From Lachnospiraceae bacterium (lineage in GTDB: Bacteria > Bacillota > Clostridia > Lachnospirales > Lachnospiraceae), in the NCBI GenBank assembly GCA_024403555.1, contig JAKSRP010000004.1:8888-72887 (forward strand): DNA of 64,000 bases. The letters run 5' to 3'. Positions 11,060 to 22,610 of the stretch are shown here, piece after piece. The position numbers and the translations under genes are program-made. Below the pieces are notes generated by a model. It saw nothing but the letters and a program-made list of their open reading frames with translations. It had not been told where the DNA came from and ran no database searches. Position 1 is the first letter of the stretch; each line of letters opens with the position of its first letter.

Positions 11060-12001
11060 TTAATCCTCGATTTCACCTTTTCGCACAGCTTCCACGTAAG
11101 TTTTCCAGTCCAGAACCTCTTCCACAGAACGAATTGCTACTTCAATCATATCGGCATCTGGTTCTCTGGTTGTCAGATACTGAAGACACATACCTGGTCT
11201 GCTAAGCTTATCGGCAAGCTTTGTATTGCTCTTTCCTGCAAGCTGTAAAAATTCATAGGAAATACCTGCAATCACTGGAACTAACAATAATCTGCATCCT
11301 GCCTTTAATAAGACAGAATCAAATCGGATAAAGAAAAATACAAAGATACTGATTAAAACAACAAGGAATAAAAAGCTCGTTCCACATCGTTTGTGAAGTC
11401 TCGAATGCTTTGCCACATTTTCTACAGTAAGATCATCTCCATGCTCTAAACAGTTGATGGTTTTATGCTCTGCGCCATGATACATGAATACTCTCTGAAT
11501 GTCCTGCATCTGGGAAATTAACACCATGTAACCAAGGAACAGACCAATTCGGATGATCCCCTCTGCCACTAAAGCGATAGTCTGAGAATTTGTGAACTTC
11601 TTGATTACTTCACTTAACGCATATGGCAGGATCATAAATCCTAAAATCGCAACCACAACAGAAATTGCAATTGTGATACCCATAATCACTTTTTCTCCTG
11701 TTCCCTGCATATGCTTTTCTAAAAAACGGTCGATAAAGTCCCCGTCTTCTACTTCCTCTTCAATAAATGACGCAGAAAAGGTCAACGTTTCCATTCCTAC
11801 AACGAGAGATTCCACGAAACTCACAATGCCTCTTAAAATTGGCAATTTCAAAAATGGATATTTTTCTTTTATTGAATGTATTTCGGTCGGACGAACCTCG
11901 ATTTCCTTGTTTGGCTTACGAACCGCAACAGCGCATTTGCTGCCATTACGCATCATAACACCTTCTAATACCGCCTGACCACCTACGGTTGTACGTTTCA
12001 T
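11060..12001 (-). CDS. DUF1385 family membrane protein
   Basis: GGQAVLEGVMMR, YHGAEHK, HKRCGTSF, LQYLTTREP; usual rpmE-DUF1385-prmC-prfA context. Confidence 0.9.
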   Translation of the reverse strand: MKRTTVGGQAVLEGVMMRNGSKCAVAVRKPNKEIEVRPTEIHSIKEKYPFLKLPILRGIVSFVESLVVGMETLTFSASFIEEEVEDGDFIDRFLEKHMQGTGEKVIMGITIAISVVVAILGFMILPYALSEVIKKFTNSQTIALVAEGIIRIGLFLGYMVLISQMQDIQRVFMYHGAEHKTINCLEHGDDLTVENVAKHSRLHKRCGTSFLFLVVLISIFVFFFIRFDSVLLKAGCRLLLVPVIAGISYEFLQLAGKSNTKLADKLSRPGMCLQYLTTREPDADMIEVAIRSVEEVLDWKTYVEAVRKGEIED

Positions 12002-12456
12002 CCTTCTCCCTCCACTACTTTGCCGTCTTCCACATGCCAACTAAGATTTGTGGTGCTATCACCATCGTCTTTTTGAAAGACAATACCAGATTCTCTCTCT
12101 GAAATCTTAAAAATTTCTCCAAAATCTTCATTTTTAATCAGCATGACTGGCTCATCTCCACTGATGACAGTTGCCGCATCTAAAGTTATAAACCATATTT
12201 TCGCCCTTGCTCCGGCAACTCCATCTTTCTCATAAGCCTCGCCCGTCACAGCAAATGCTTCCTTCTCGCCATTCCCATCAAAATCATCGAAAAACATGGC
12301 AAGAACCTTCTCATCTGTCGTTGATTTTAAGAGATCTTCTAATTCATTGCCCACATCTTCACCACAGCCAGTGAGAAGAACGAGGGTGAATGCTAGTACA
12401 GAAAGCAAAATCAGCAGTTTATGTTTGATATATATTAAATGATTTACTATATTCAT
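11998..12456 (-). CDS. Hypothetical lipoprotein
   Basis: Hydrophobic stretch plus LTGC lipobox; DFDGNG Ca-binding-like loop; start uncertain. Confidence 0.6.
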   Translation of the reverse strand: MNIVNHLIYIKHKLLILLSVLAFTLVLLTGCGEDVGNELEDLLKSTTDEKVLAMFFDDFDGNGEKEAFAVTGEAYEKDGVAGARAKIWFITLDAATVISGDEPVMLIKNEDFGEIFKISERESGIVFQKDDGDSTTNLSWHVEDGKVVEGEG

Positions 12457-12580
12457 GGGATTCCTTTCAAATGATAATTTGTATGAGTTTTGAATAACGG
12501 GAAATATTATAACATAAATAAAGAGAAAAAGAAATGACGCAATTTTTTACATTGCGTCATTTCTTCCTTATTTTCTTGTT

Positions 12581-12826
12581 CCTGGCTCGTTGGCCACCTC
12601 GCTAACGCTCGTTGTCCTTGCAACTGACAAATAGGACTTCATGCAAGCATGAAGTCCTGCTTGTCAGGTTTTGTTTACGCAACGAGCCAGACCCCAGAAA
12701 TCCCTTTAGGATTCCTGGGACTGTTGGCAGTCGCCAACAGCATTCAGAAAAAAGAGGCATCATCTTCGTGCAAGCACGATCTGATACCTCTTTTTCTTCA
12801 TTCCCTGGCTCGTTGCGTAAACAAAA
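12581..12826. repeat. Multi-hairpin REP/MITE-like palindromic element
   Basis: Perfect 22-bp inverted repeat (12669-12690 / 12805-12826) enclosing three hairpins, plus AGGACTTCATGC-AA-GCATGAAGTCCT hairpin at 12633-12658. Confidence 0.7.
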
Positions 12827-12877
12827 AACAGACCATAGTTTCCTATGATCTGCTTAGTTCTTCTTCGTTCGTATTGA

Positions 12878-13078
12878 TTAAAGATTACCGTATTTACGAT
12901 TGAATTTTTCAATACGTCCACGAGCCTGGTTTGCTTTAACCTGTCCTGTATAGAAAGAATGGCATTTGGAGCAAATTTCTACGTGGATTTCTGGTTTTGT
13001 GGATCCTGTTACGAATGTGTTACCACAGTTGCATGTAACAGTTGCCTGATAATATTTTGGATGGATTCCTTCACGCAT
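12878..13078 (-). CDS. rpmE: 50S ribosomal protein L31 (Zn-binding type)
   Basis: MREGIHPKY...CNCGN...[10 protein letters not shown]...[11 protein letters not shown]. Confidence 0.96.
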   Translation of the reverse strand: MREGIHPKYYQATVTCNCGNTFVTGSTKPEIHVEICSKCHSFYTGQVKANQARGRIEKFNRKYGNL

Positions 13079-13212
13079 TTTTTTCACCTCTTAACTCATA
13101 TTTCGTTGGATTTTGCCAACGTATTTGCGAAACGAAATTCAATTAATTCTCGTTTTGTCATAACAACTACTAAATTATAGCACGGTCAAATTGAGAATGC
13201 AAGCAGTTTTCT

Positions 13213-14601
13213 TTACTTTCTTACCAATGTTTTCTGCATAAATGCAACAAATTCTTTGTTGTTTTTGGTCTGTTTGAAAAGCTTTAACATCTCTTCTAAT
13301 GCTTCTTCTGGTTTGGCTCCGGAAAGCTCTTTGTGGAGTGCATATACAACTTCCTGCTCATCTGGATTCAGAAGAAGATCGTCTCTTCTGGTTCCTGATT
13401 TTGCAATATCAACGGCTGGGAAGATTCTCTTTTCGGAGAGTTTTCGGTTTAATACAAGTTCCATATTACCGGTGCCCTTGAATTCTTCAAAGACAACATC
13501 GTCCATGCGGCTTCCGGTTTCAACAAGTGCAGTTGCAAGCACAGTTAAGCTTCCGCCTTCACGCATGTTTCTTGCTGCACCAAAGAACTGCTTTGGTTTA
13601 TAAAGGGCCGCCGGGTCTAAACCACCGCTTAAAGTACGTCCGGAAGAAACACAGGTTAAGTTATATGCTCTTGCAAGTCTTGTGATACTGTCTAATAAGA
13701 TGACTACATCTTCACCATGCTCTACTAATCTTCTTGCACGTTCTAATACCATCTCAGATACACGCTTGTGATGTTCTGGTAATTCATCAAATGTGGAGTA
13801 GATAACTTCTACATTTGGCCCTTCGATGGCTTCCTTAATATCGGTTACTTCCTCTGGTCGTTCATCGATCAATAATACAATCAGCTTGATATCCGCATAA
13901 TTTGTGCTGATGCTCTTTGCCATCTGTTTTAAAAGCGTTGTTTTTCCAGTCTTAGGTGGAGATACAATCATACCTCGCTGGCCTTTACCAATTGGAGATA
14001 ATAAATCTACCATTCTCATTGGAATGGATGTCTGGCTTGTTTCTAATTTTAATCGTTCATTTGGGAAGATTGGTGTAAGATCTGCAAAATTCTTTCTTTT
14101 CTGTGCTTCATATGGATGATATCCATTTACACCTTCGATATACAAAAGGGCTGAGAATTTTTCATTCTCTTTTTTCTTTCTCATCTTACCGGTTAAGATA
14201 TCACCGGTCTTTAAATTAAATCTGCGAATCTGAGCCGGAGATACATAGACATCATTTTCTCCTGGCAAATAGTTCTCACAGCGGATAAATCCAAACCCAT
14301 CGGGCATAACTTCTAAAATACCATTCGCCTTTAATCCACTGTCGAGTTCAGAAATTTTATCATTCTTATCAGACTTATCTTCTGATTTTTCTTCACTGAG
14401 TTGTGCAGCTTCTTCTTTTTTCGGTTCTTCTTTAACTTTCGCCTGTTCGCGCTTTTCTTCTCTTTTCGGTGTCTGCTTTTCTGCTTCCATCTTCGTAAAA
14501 AGTGCTACTAAAGCATCTTTTTTTAAGGACGAAACCCCTTTGATTCCATTTTCCTTTGCATAAGCGCGAAGCTCTGCTACGGACATCTTCTTAAAATCCA
14601 T
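13213..14601 (-). CDS. rho: Transcription termination factor Rho
   Basis: DGFGFIR, PIGKGQRG, PPKTGKTT, LIDERPEEVT, DSITRLARAYN, FEEFKGTGNMEL. Confidence 0.97.
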   Translation of the reverse strand: MDFKKMSVAELRAYAKENGIKGVSSLKKDALVALFTKMEAEKQTPKREEKREQAKVKEEPKKEEAAQLSEEKSEDKSDKNDKISELDSGLKANGILEVMPDGFGFIRCENYLPGENDVYVSPAQIRRFNLKTGDILTGKMRKKKENEKFSALLYIEGVNGYHPYEAQKRKNFADLTPIFPNERLKLETSQTSIPMRMVDLLSPIGKGQRGMIVSPPKTGKTTLLKQMAKSISTNYADIKLIVLLIDERPEEVTDIKEAIEGPNVEVIYSTFDELPEHHKRVSEMVLERARRLVEHGEDVVILLDSITRLARAYNLTCVSSGRTLSGGLDPAALYKPKQFFGAARNMREGGSLTVLATALVETGSRMDDVVFEEFKGTGNMELVLNRKLSEKRIFPAVDIAKSGTRRDDLLLNPDEQEVVYALHKELSGAKPEEALEEMLKLFKQTKNNKEFVAFMQKTLVRK

Positions 14602-14621
14602 AGTTACTCCTTTATGTTTGA

Positions 14622-14654
14622 AAAGACAGGAAACAAAAACTGTTTCCTGTCTTT
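14622..14654 (-). terminator. Intrinsic terminator upstream of rho
   Basis: AAAGACAGGAAAC...GTTTCCTGTCTTT inverted repeat. Confidence 0.7.
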
Positions 14655-14671
14655 AGATTGTCTTTAGATTT

Positions 14672-15961
14672 CTAGTCTTCTTTTTCTGTAGTAGCTTCTT
14701 TTTCTGTTGATGCTTCTGCAGCTTTCTTAGCTTCTTCAATCTTTGTTACACGGTCTTTTGCATCTTTTGCATGTTTACCGCCAGCATTGATTACTTTGTT
14801 GTACTGTTTTACAGCTTTATCTTTTTCGCCACTTGCATCATAAGCTAAACCTAAATAGTATTTGTATTCAGATTTGGAATCATCACAAATAATAGCCTTT
14901 TTATAGCATTCAATCGCTTCTTTGTAGTTCTTCTGATACCACTTATTAAGACCATTATGATAGAACTGATCTGCAGCTTTTGTAAATGTCTTAGACTTAA
15001 TTAAGTCATATAAATCTTTAGATTCTTTATTAGATAATGTAGACTTATCAACGCCTAATAAAGCATCTGCAGATAAAGTATTATTGTTGTTCATATATTC
15101 TTTTGCTGCAAGAGATAAGTTCTTGTTGGAGCCCTTATATGTTTTTACTAATTTCTTAGCTGCTTTTGTTTCTTTCTGGGCATCCTTTAATTCAACCTTT
15201 AAGTTTTCGATTTCGATATCTTTTGCTTTTAACTGATCTTCATAGCTTTCTGCCTCGTTCGCATACTGATTCTTTACGGAACTTCTGGCTGTTGGCACTA
15301 CTAAGATAAACATCGCAATAATACCGATTAAGAAACCAATACCAAGATAGATGAAGCTCTTCTTATTACTTGTTACTTCTTCATAATCACTTCCGTTCGC
15401 AACCACTTTTTTTGGTGCCTGAACAGGAGTAACCGGTTTTACTACCTGTGGTTTTTCTGTTTCTTTCTTTTCTTCTTTTTTCTTACCAAGCTTCATGGCT
15501 GGCATCTTCATCTTCGCTGGTTTTTCAGTTTTTTCTCCTGCTTCGCCATCTTTTGCTTCGCCTGCCTGGCCTTCAGCTTCTTCTGTAACTTCAGGAACAA
15601 CGGTTAATTCTTCTTTTAATGCAAGTGCATCTTTATTGTTCGCATCATACTTTAATGCAGTTTCAACTGCTTCCATAGCCTGATCCGCTTTTCCTTCGTG
15701 AAGACAGATTAATGCAGATAAAATCTGAGCATCTACATATTCTGGTACTAATCTTGCTACCTTCTTAATCTGAATAAATGCAAGGTCAAAGCTGTCTGTG
15801 TTGCAGTAATTAAGAGCAAGACCATATCGTTTTTCAACCTGCGCAAACTTATTCTTTAATAAGCCATCGCTTTCACTTCCTGCTTCTTTAAAAATGATTT
15901 TCTTTACTGCTTCTTTATCAAATGAATTGTATTTTTTAATTTCCTGTTCGATATTAATCAT
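14672..15961 (-). CDS. TPR-containing single-pass membrane protein
   Basis: N- and C-terminal TPR-like helices, central TM segment (FIYLGIGFLIGIIAMFILV), coiled coil. Confidence 0.75.
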   Translation of the reverse strand: MINIEQEIKKYNSFDKEAVKKIIFKEAGSESDGLLKNKFAQVEKRYGLALNYCNTDSFDLAFIQIKKVARLVPEYVDAQILSALICLHEGKADQAMEAVETALKYDANNKDALALKEELTVVPEVTEEAEGQAGEAKDGEAGEKTEKPAKMKMPAMKLGKKKEEKKETEKPQVVKPVTPVQAPKKVVANGSDYEEVTSNKKSFIYLGIGFLIGIIAMFILVVPTARSSVKNQYANEAESYEDQLKAKDIEIENLKVELKDAQKETKAAKKLVKTYKGSNKNLSLAAKEYMNNNNTLSADALLGVDKSTLSNKESKDLYDLIKSKTFTKAADQFYHNGLNKWYQKNYKEAIECYKKAIICDDSKSEYKYYLGLAYDASGEKDKAVKQYNKVINAGGKHAKDAKDRVTKIEEAKKAAEASTEKEATTEKED

Positions 15962-17228
15962 GAAACGAGTCCTCCTTCTCTTTCAGATACCCCTTTATGA
16001 TTCCGGCAAGATAAAGTGAGCCAATCAGGAAAAGATAATCCTTTTTCTTCGCCTTCGCAAGCTCATAGGCACATGCCGCATTCTCTTCAATTGTAATCTC
16101 ACACGGGGAGTATCTCTCGAATTGTTCTTTTATCAAAAATGGATTCGCCTTACGGCTTCCAGGTATAGTAGTTATAGTAATATGCCCAAAGGAAAGGGCT
16201 TCACAGATCTGCCTGATCATATCTTCATAATCCTTATCCGCAACAACTGCAAAAAGCAAATCCTTCTCACAATCCGGATAAAACTGCTGCACTGTCTTCA
16301 CCCAGCTTTCAATCGCATGAGGATTATGTGCACCGTCTAAAATGATATGTTCTTCGATTTCTTCCATGCGTGCGGGCCATCTCATAGACTTAATTCCATC
16401 TCTGATTATTTCGTCTGAAAGCTCCGGCAAAACTGCCTTGACCGCATGAATTGCAACATCAGCATTCTTCAACTGATATGTTGTTTTTGTTGCTATGGCC
16501 AAATCTTCAAATTTATAATATACACTTTCGATTGAAAAAGCAATGACTTTTTTTGTAATTAATTCAATCTTAATATCTTCTTCAGAAAGACGATATATTT
16601 CTGAATTATTTCTTAAGGCAAATGTTTCGATTACTTCATTCACCTCTGGCTGTTGCTTCATATATACAACAGGCTTGTTCGGTTTTATAATGCCTGCCTT
16701 TTCGGCAGCAATCAATTCTAAAGTATCTCCAAGAATTTTTGTATGGTCAAGTCCTACCGAAGTAATAATGGAAACCTCTGGATCAATCACATTTGTTGAA
16801 TCAAGGAGACCACCAAGTCCACACTCTAAAATGACATAGTCCACCTTCTGATCTGCAAAATAGCACATGGCCATAACAAAACAATATTCAAAAAAGTTCA
16901 GAGCCGGATGCTCTACGGCCTCAATTTTACCAAGATAATCTGCAAAATCTTCATCAGAAATGTCTATCCCATTTACCTTCATACGTTCATTGATACGCAC
17001 AAGATGTGGAGACGTAAAAAGAGCGGTCTTATAACCGCCTTTTTGTAAAATGGAATCCAGAAACGCACATACGGATCCCTTTCCGTTGGTCCCTGCCACG
17101 TGAAAGAATTTTAATGTACGCTCTGGATTTCCTAATAATTTTAATACTTTATTCAGATTATCATTGGAAGCATCAGATGAGAAATATGGAATCTCTTTAA
17201 AAAATTTTACTGCTTCCTTATAATTCAT
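15954..17228 (-). CDS. folC: Folylpolyglutamate synthase/dihydrofolate synthase (valS-linked copy)
   Basis: HVAGTNGKGS, TSPHL, ECGLGGLLDSTN, DHTKILG, LDGAHNP. Confidence 0.92.
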   Translation of the reverse strand: MNYKEAVKFFKEIPYFSSDASNDNLNKVLKLLGNPERTLKFFHVAGTNGKGSVCAFLDSILQKGGYKTALFTSPHLVRINERMKVNGIDISDEDFADYLGKIEAVEHPALNFFEYCFVMAMCYFADQKVDYVILECGLGGLLDSTNVIDPEVSIITSVGLDHTKILGDTLELIAAEKAGIIKPNKPVVYMKQQPEVNEVIETFALRNNSEIYRLSEEDIKIELITKKVIAFSIESVYYKFEDLAIATKTTYQLKNADVAIHAVKAVLPELSDEIIRDGIKSMRWPARMEEIEEHIILDGAHNPHAIESWVKTVQQFYPDCEKDLLFAVVADKDYEDMIRQICEALSFGHITITTIPGSRKANPFLIKEQFERYSPCEITIEENAACAYELAKAKKKDYLFLIGSLYLAGIIKGYLKEKEDSFHD

Positions 17229-17240
17229 GAAAATCTCCTG

Positions 17241-19883
17241 TTATTTGCTTAATGCTGCAAGACGTTCTTCAACCTGAGCTAACATCTGAGTGTATTTTTC
17301 AAGTTTTTCACGTTCTGCTTCTACTTTTGCTGCTGGTGCTTTGCTTACGAATCTTTCATTATTAAGCATTCCGTTACAACGTTTGATTTCGCCCTGGAGC
17401 TTCTTCTGTTCTTTTGCAAGACGTTCTAATTCCTTTGCGATATCTACTAATTCAGCAAATGGCATATAAATTACTGCTTCTGGAATTACAGTAGATACAG
17501 CATCATCAGCGATACCAGTTTTATCATTCTGAACAATTACTTCAGAAGCATAGCCAAGTGTTGCGAAGAATACTTCGCCATCTTTGAATGTCTTCTGAAC
17601 TTCTTCATTTTCAGATACAACATAAACAGTTGCTTTCTTCTTAGGAGAAACGTTCATTTCTGCACGGATGTTACGGATACCACGAACAGCTTCTTTGATT
17701 GTTTCTACAGCTTTTTCTTCCTCAGAGAAATCCCATTCTTCTTTAAATGTTGGCCACTGTGCTAACATGATGGATTCTTCCCCTGTTAAGTTGCAGTAAA
17801 TTTCTTCTGTGATGAATGGCATAAATGGATGTAACATCTTTAAGGATTCTGCTAAAACAGTCTTTAATGTCCATAAAGCTGCTGCCTTTGTTTCGTCTGC
17901 ATCATTGTAGAGACGAGGTTTTACCATTTCGATGTACCAGTCACAGAATTCTTCCCAGATAAAGTCGTTGATCTTCTGAACAGCGATACCAAGGTCGAAT
18001 TTTTCCATATTATCAGTAACTTCTTTTGCAACAGAGTTAAATTTGGAGATGATCCATTTATCAGCGGATGTTAAATCATCTAAAGTAACATTGGCAAAAT
18101 CAGTTTTGTCAAAGTTCATCATCATGAAACGGGATGCGTTCCATACTTTGTTTGCGAAGTTACGGCTTGCTTCAACTCGTTCCATATAGAAACGCATGTC
18201 GTTACCAGGAGCATTACCAGTAACTAATGTAAATCTAAGTGCATCTGCACCATACTGATCGATGATTTCAAGTGGGTCAATACCATTTCCAAGAGACTTA
18301 CTCATCTTACGTCCTAAGGAGTCACGAACTAAACCGTGGATGAGTACTGTGTCAAATGGGGATTTTCCAGTCTGTTCATAAGCGGAGAATACCATACGAA
18401 CTACCCAGAAGAAGATGATGTCATAACCAGTTACTAATACGCTTGTTGGGTAGAAGTAATCCATCTCTTCTGTCTTTTCTGGCCAGCCAAGTGTGGAGAA
18501 TGGCCATAATGCGGAGGAGAACCATGTATCTAAACAGTCTTCATCCTGTACGATGTGTGTACCGCCACATTTTGGACAAACATCAGGAGCTCCACCTCTA
18601 CGAACGATAATTTCACCACAGTCTTTACAATAGTAAGCTGGAATTCTGTGTCCCCACCATAACTGACGGGAGATACACCAGTCACGAATATTATTTAACC
18701 AGTGTAAGTATGTTTTGGAATATCTGTCAGGAACGAATTTTAAATCGCCTGTTTCAATTGCTTTGATCGCTGGTTTTGCAAGTTCTTCCATAGCAACGAA
18801 CCACTGATCCTTGATCATAGGTTCAACAGTTGCTTTACATCTGTCATGAGTACCTACTGCATGTACATGATCTTTTACTGCAACTAAAAGTCCAAGTTCA
18901 TCAAGATCTTTTACGATCTGAACACGAGCTTCGTAACGTTCTAAGCCTGCATATTTGCCGCCTAATTCGTTGATGGTTGCATCGTCGTTCATAACACAGA
19001 TTTCAGGAAGGTTATGACGTTTACCAACTTCAAAGTCGTTAGGGTCATGAGCTGGTGTGATTTTTACGCAGCCTGTACCAAATTCTTTATCTACATATTC
19101 ATCTGCAACGACAGGAATCTGACGGTCGCATAATGGTAATTCAAGCATCTTGCCAATTAAGTGCTGATATCTTTCATCGGATGGATGAACAGCTACTGCT
19201 GTATCACCTAATAATGTTTCAGGACGTGTAGTTGCGATTTCAACTACTTCATCGCTTCCAACTACAGGATAGTTGATATGCCAGAAATGACCAGCCTGAT
19301 CTTCATGTTCTACTTCTGCATCAGAGATTGTTGTCTGACATACTGGACACCAGTTGATAATTTTGGAGCCTTTGTAGATGTATCCTTTTTCATATAAGTT
19401 GCAGAATACTTCTTCTACTGCTTTGGAACATCCTTCATCTAAAGTAAAACGTTCTCTGTCCCAGTCACAGGCAGAACCTAATTTTTTAAGCTGGGATACG
19501 ATTGTTCCGCCGTATTCTTCTCTCCAGTCCCATGCATATTTTAAGAATTCATCACGGGATAAATCAGATTTGTTGATGCCCTGAGATTTTAAGTTTTCTA
19601 CTACCTTAACTTCGGTTGCAATTGCTGCATGGTCAGTACCTGGCTGCCATAAAGTATTAAAGCCCTGCATCTTTTTAAAACGAATTAAGATATCCTGTAA
19701 TGTATTGTCAAGCGCATGTCCCATATGTAATTTACCTGTGATATTTGGAGGTGGAATTACGATTGTAAATGGTTCTTTGCTTCTGTCTACTTCTGCATGG
19801 AAGTATTTGTTATCCATCCATTTCTGATATAATCTGTCTTCAATTTCAGACGGATTATAGTTTTTTTCTAATTCTTTGCTCAT
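17241..19883 (-). CDS. valS: Valyl-tRNA synthetase
   Basis: [35 protein letters not shown]-terminal coiled coil. Confidence 0.98.
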   Translation of the reverse strand: MSKELEKNYNPSEIEDRLYQKWMDNKYFHAEVDRSKEPFTIVIPPPNITGKLHMGHALDNTLQDILIRFKKMQGFNTLWQPGTDHAAIATEVKVVENLKSQGINKSDLSRDEFLKYAWDWREEYGGTIVSQLKKLGSACDWDRERFTLDEGCSKAVEEVFCNLYEKGYIYKGSKIINWCPVCQTTISDAEVEHEDQAGHFWHINYPVVGSDEVVEIATTRPETLLGDTAVAVHPSDERYQHLIGKMLELPLCDRQIPVVADEYVDKEFGTGCVKITPAHDPNDFEVGKRHNLPEICVMNDDATINELGGKYAGLERYEARVQIVKDLDELGLLVAVKDHVHAVGTHDRCKATVEPMIKDQWFVAMEELAKPAIKAIETGDLKFVPDRYSKTYLHWLNNIRDWCISRQLWWGHRIPAYYCKDCGEIIVRRGGAPDVCPKCGGTHIVQDEDCLDTWFSSALWPFSTLGWPEKTEEMDYFYPTSVLVTGYDIIFFWVVRMVFSAYEQTGKSPFDTVLIHGLVRDSLGRKMSKSLGNGIDPLEIIDQYGADALRFTLVTGNAPGNDMRFYMERVEASRNFANKVWNASRFMMMNFDKTDFANVTLDDLTSADKWIISKFNSVAKEVTDNMEKFDLGIAVQKINDFIWEEFCDWYIEMVKPRLYNDADETKAAALWTLKTVLAESLKMLHPFMPFITEEIYCNLTGEESIMLAQWPTFKEEWDFSEEEKAVETIKEAVRGIRNIRAEMNVSPKKKATVYVVSENEEVQKTFKDGEVFFATLGYASEVIVQNDKTGIADDAVSTVIPEAVIYMPFAELVDIAKELERLAKEQKKLQGEIKRCNGMLNNERFVSKAPAAKVEAEREKLEKYTQMLAQVEERLAALSK

Positions 19884-19932
19884 TTTATTTATTTTCTCCT
19901 CTTTTCTTGTTGTTTCTATTAAAATTTATATT

Positions 19933-20853
19933 TTATTCTGCGGTTTCTACAGTCTCAACGAGATATTCATCTAACTGTCGCATCTTCAGGTTGACTGCAT
20001 CGGTAAATGCTGCCTCCGCCTTTTCATCCAGAAAGATCTCTGGGATATATGCATAGATGTCTTTCTGCTTAAACTGCAAAATCTCCATAATAGCATAGTA
20101 ATCGGTCTGAGTTTTCATCCACTCTGGATGATTCTTCAAACGTGTAATCGCTCTCTCAACTGCCGGGAAGGATGCCCAGCTCTTTTCATCAAGTGCTCCA
20201 TAAACAATCTCAAACTTCTTTTCTAAGTATGAGATATATTCTTTGTCATTCTTTAATATTTCTTCATTCAGATAGATATCTTCTTCTAAACGTTCAATCT
20301 CATCATCTTCATAGCGTCCGTCTGCAAACTGACGATACTGACGATAAAAATAGAAGGATAGAGCAATCGGCACAACGATCAATAGTATTGCAAGCACGAC
20401 TGGTTCTAAACGATGGAAGCGAAGTAATAAAAGGTGAAGAATGATCATTACAAAAGAGACGACACCAAATCCCATAAAAGAAAACATCGCTTTCTTTTCT
20501 TTTTCGATATCACGGTTTTCTCTCTCATAAACCTTTCGAATTTCCCTCTTATTGCGCTCAATCTGGCTTTCCACCTGCTTGATTTCTCTTTCTGTATCGC
20601 GGACTGCCTTCATATCATCGCGGATTTCCTGACGTTTTGCAAGAAGAATCATCTTATCTTTTCTTGTTATATTACCTTCGCAGACCTCATCCCAAAGCTG
20701 TTCCTGTATCTGATGGAATTTATATGCTTTTTCAATCAGCACAATCAGCTCCTTATCAGACATCTCCACCAGCTGATTCATATCCTCACGGATTTCCTGG
20801 ATGTAGCCAATCTCTCGATTACACAGATCTACAAGTTCATGCTTTAAATCCAT
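19933..20853 (-). CDS. Hypothetical coiled-coil membrane protein
   Basis: Long coiled coil plus two adjacent TM helices; overlaps the upstream gene. Confidence 0.7.
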   Translation of the reverse strand: MDLKHELVDLCNREIGYIQEIREDMNQLVEMSDKELIVLIEKAYKFHQIQEQLWDEVCEGNITRKDKMILLAKRQEIRDDMKAVRDTEREIKQVESQIERNKREIRKVYERENRDIEKEKKAMFSFMGFGVVSFVMIILHLLLLRFHRLEPVVLAILLIVVPIALSFYFYRQYRQFADGRYEDDEIERLEEDIYLNEEILKNDKEYISYLEKKFEIVYGALDEKSWASFPAVERAITRLKNHPEWMKTQTDYYAIMEILQFKQKDIYAYIPEIFLDEKAEAAFTDAVNLKMRQLDEYLVETVETAE

Positions 20854-21587
20854 TCGTCAACCTCTCTGCGGTATTGTTCTTTCATTTCTTCAATTCGATT
20901 CTTTTTCTGATATGCAGAATCATTGCCACTCATTTTTGCAAATGCTTCCTTCATGGCATCCCACTCCTGCTTAAAGGCCGGGTAGTCTGTACCGGCAGTA
21001 ATCTTCACAGCCGTAAACTCACCCTGCAACATCAAAATACCAAAGTATGCATATTGCGCTTTCTTTTTGCCCCCGATTTTATACGATTGCATAAAGTAGT
21101 GCGCTGCTCGGTCTAAATCTCCTAAATGAGCATAACATACCCCGATATTATAACACACTCTTGCATCATTTTGAAATACATTTGTCTGTTTATAGCACTT
21201 TAATGCGGTTTCATATCGTTTTTGTTTTAAATATTCATCTCCAAGACGTGATTTTCTCGTTGCAGCATCTAATGTCATATGTCGATCATACTTTTTCATA
21301 AGATTTGCAACTTCCTGAGGAAGAAAATAGTTCCTGCAGGAAAACAGTCTTTTCAATCGATCTTTATCATTATTTAGAAGCTTCCAGTCAGTTTCAATAT
21401 CACGAATTCCAAGATCATTGATGACAAAACGAAGTAAATCATCTGGAATTCCTTCTTCCACAAAGAAAATAAAATATTCTTTGATGTAATAACACATCTC
21501 CTCATAAGTGGAGATTTCCTGATGGAAGGCACTAAAAGTGTAGCTGTTACTTGCTTCTTTTGTTTCACATAAAATAATTGGTCCCAT
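20844..21587 (-). CDS. TPR-containing hypothetical protein
   Basis: LGDEYLKQKRYETALKCY...CYNIGVCYAHLGDLDRAAHYF TPR pattern. Confidence 0.75.
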   Translation of the reverse strand: MGPIILCETKEASNSYTFSAFHQEISTYEEMCYYIKEYFIFFVEEGIPDDLLRFVINDLGIRDIETDWKLLNNDKDRLKRLFSCRNYFLPQEVANLMKKYDRHMTLDAATRKSRLGDEYLKQKRYETALKCYKQTNVFQNDARVCYNIGVCYAHLGDLDRAAHYFMQSYKIGGKKKAQYAYFGILMLQGEFTAVKITAGTDYPAFKQEWDAMKEAFAKMSGNDSAYQKKNRIEEMKEQYRREVDEWI

Positions 21588-21591
21588 ATGA

Positions 21592-22602
21592 TCACCTTCC
21601 TGTTATGGATGGAAGCTTATATTCTTCTTCAAAAATCTTACCAGCTCCTGCTCGTGTCTTTCCAAATCCCATATCTGATATACGAATCAAAATGGTATGA
21701 ATGCCTGTGCAGACAATCTCGATGCGAAGCTTGGTTGTTCTCATTGGATTCGCACTCTTAAATGCAAGTGGAAGCTTTAAGGTGATTTTTTCCTGATTCA
21801 AGGAATTTCTGCCTTCGATGATCAGCTCTTCGCATTCATCGACAAATACATCCACATAGCCTTTCGTTAAAAACCAGAAGTTTCCGGACTGGATAATTGG
21901 TGCAAATACATCTTTTTTTCCATGATGATAGGTTCTGATGCCCCAGACAAATGGATGATAATCCTCTGTCATTAATTCCAGACGATGATTATGATTCGAA
22001 GTCAGACTTCTAAGCGCCCCTGTAGCAAACAAATGATTTCCGGCAAATACTCTTCTGCCTGCACATAAAGCATTTAAGCTTAATTTCATCCAATCTGTCT
22101 TAAATTCTTCCCCATTTAAGAAAACATTATTGATCTGTCTTACATTTAAGACATCTGCAGACTGCTTTGTAAAGAATTTATCCTTTTCCTTATCTGTTGT
22201 CAGGGAAACCTCTTTCATGTCACAACGTTTGCTCGATACCGCTAAGATTCTTCCTTCGCGGGACATCTCATAAAAACGGAAATAGTCCTTATGAAATTCA
22301 AATGCACCGTTTTGACGTTTCCACATTGTATTGTCTTCGCCAAGAATATAATAGCCAAAGGCTTCTTCTTTTGAGAGAACTTTAAAGGCTGGTCCTAATT
22401 TTGCAGAAAATTCCTGAATGGACTCATCCACCTCTTCAATTGCCACCGCCGCACGGTCATCATTTGCCACATACCCTTTTAAAAAGGCCACGCGTTCATC
22501 AAGTCCCTGCGGGCAGACAACAAGGTCGCTTTCTTCTACCTTCTTGCCATCATATGTTGCGATATAACAGATATTGTTTGTAAAATCAAATCCATAAAAC
22601 AT
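21592..22602 (-). CDS. DUF5716-like protein (possible degenerate Hsp70/actin fold)
   Basis: N-terminal YGFDF, WMKLSLNALC.GRRVF.GNHLF..GA and C-terminal DMGFG; adjacent to DUF5717-like gene. Confidence 0.65.
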   Translation of the reverse strand: MFYGFDFTNNICYIATYDGKKVEESDLVVCPQGLDERVAFLKGYVANDDRAAVAIEEVDESIQEFSAKLGPAFKVLSKEEAFGYYILGEDNTMWKRQNGAFEFHKDYFRFYEMSREGRILAVSSKRCDMKEVSLTTDKEKDKFFTKQSADVLNVRQINNVFLNGEEFKTDWMKLSLNALCAGRRVFAGNHLFATGALRSLTSNHNHRLELMTEDYHPFVWGIRTYHHGKKDVFAPIIQSGNFWFLTKGYVDVFVDECEELIIEGRNSLNQEKITLKLPLAFKSANPMRTTKLRIEIVCTGIHTILIRISDMGFGKTRAGAGKIFEEEYKLPSITGR

Positions 22603-22610
22603 AGCATCAC

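Noticed and set aside
12612-12903. Plus-strand ORFs across the hairpin element
   Set aside because: No RBS, TTG/GTG starts, and they overlap a palindromic non-coding element.
19884-19932. T-box riboswitch upstream of valS
   Set aside because: Only 49 bp of intergenic space and no T-box motif visible.
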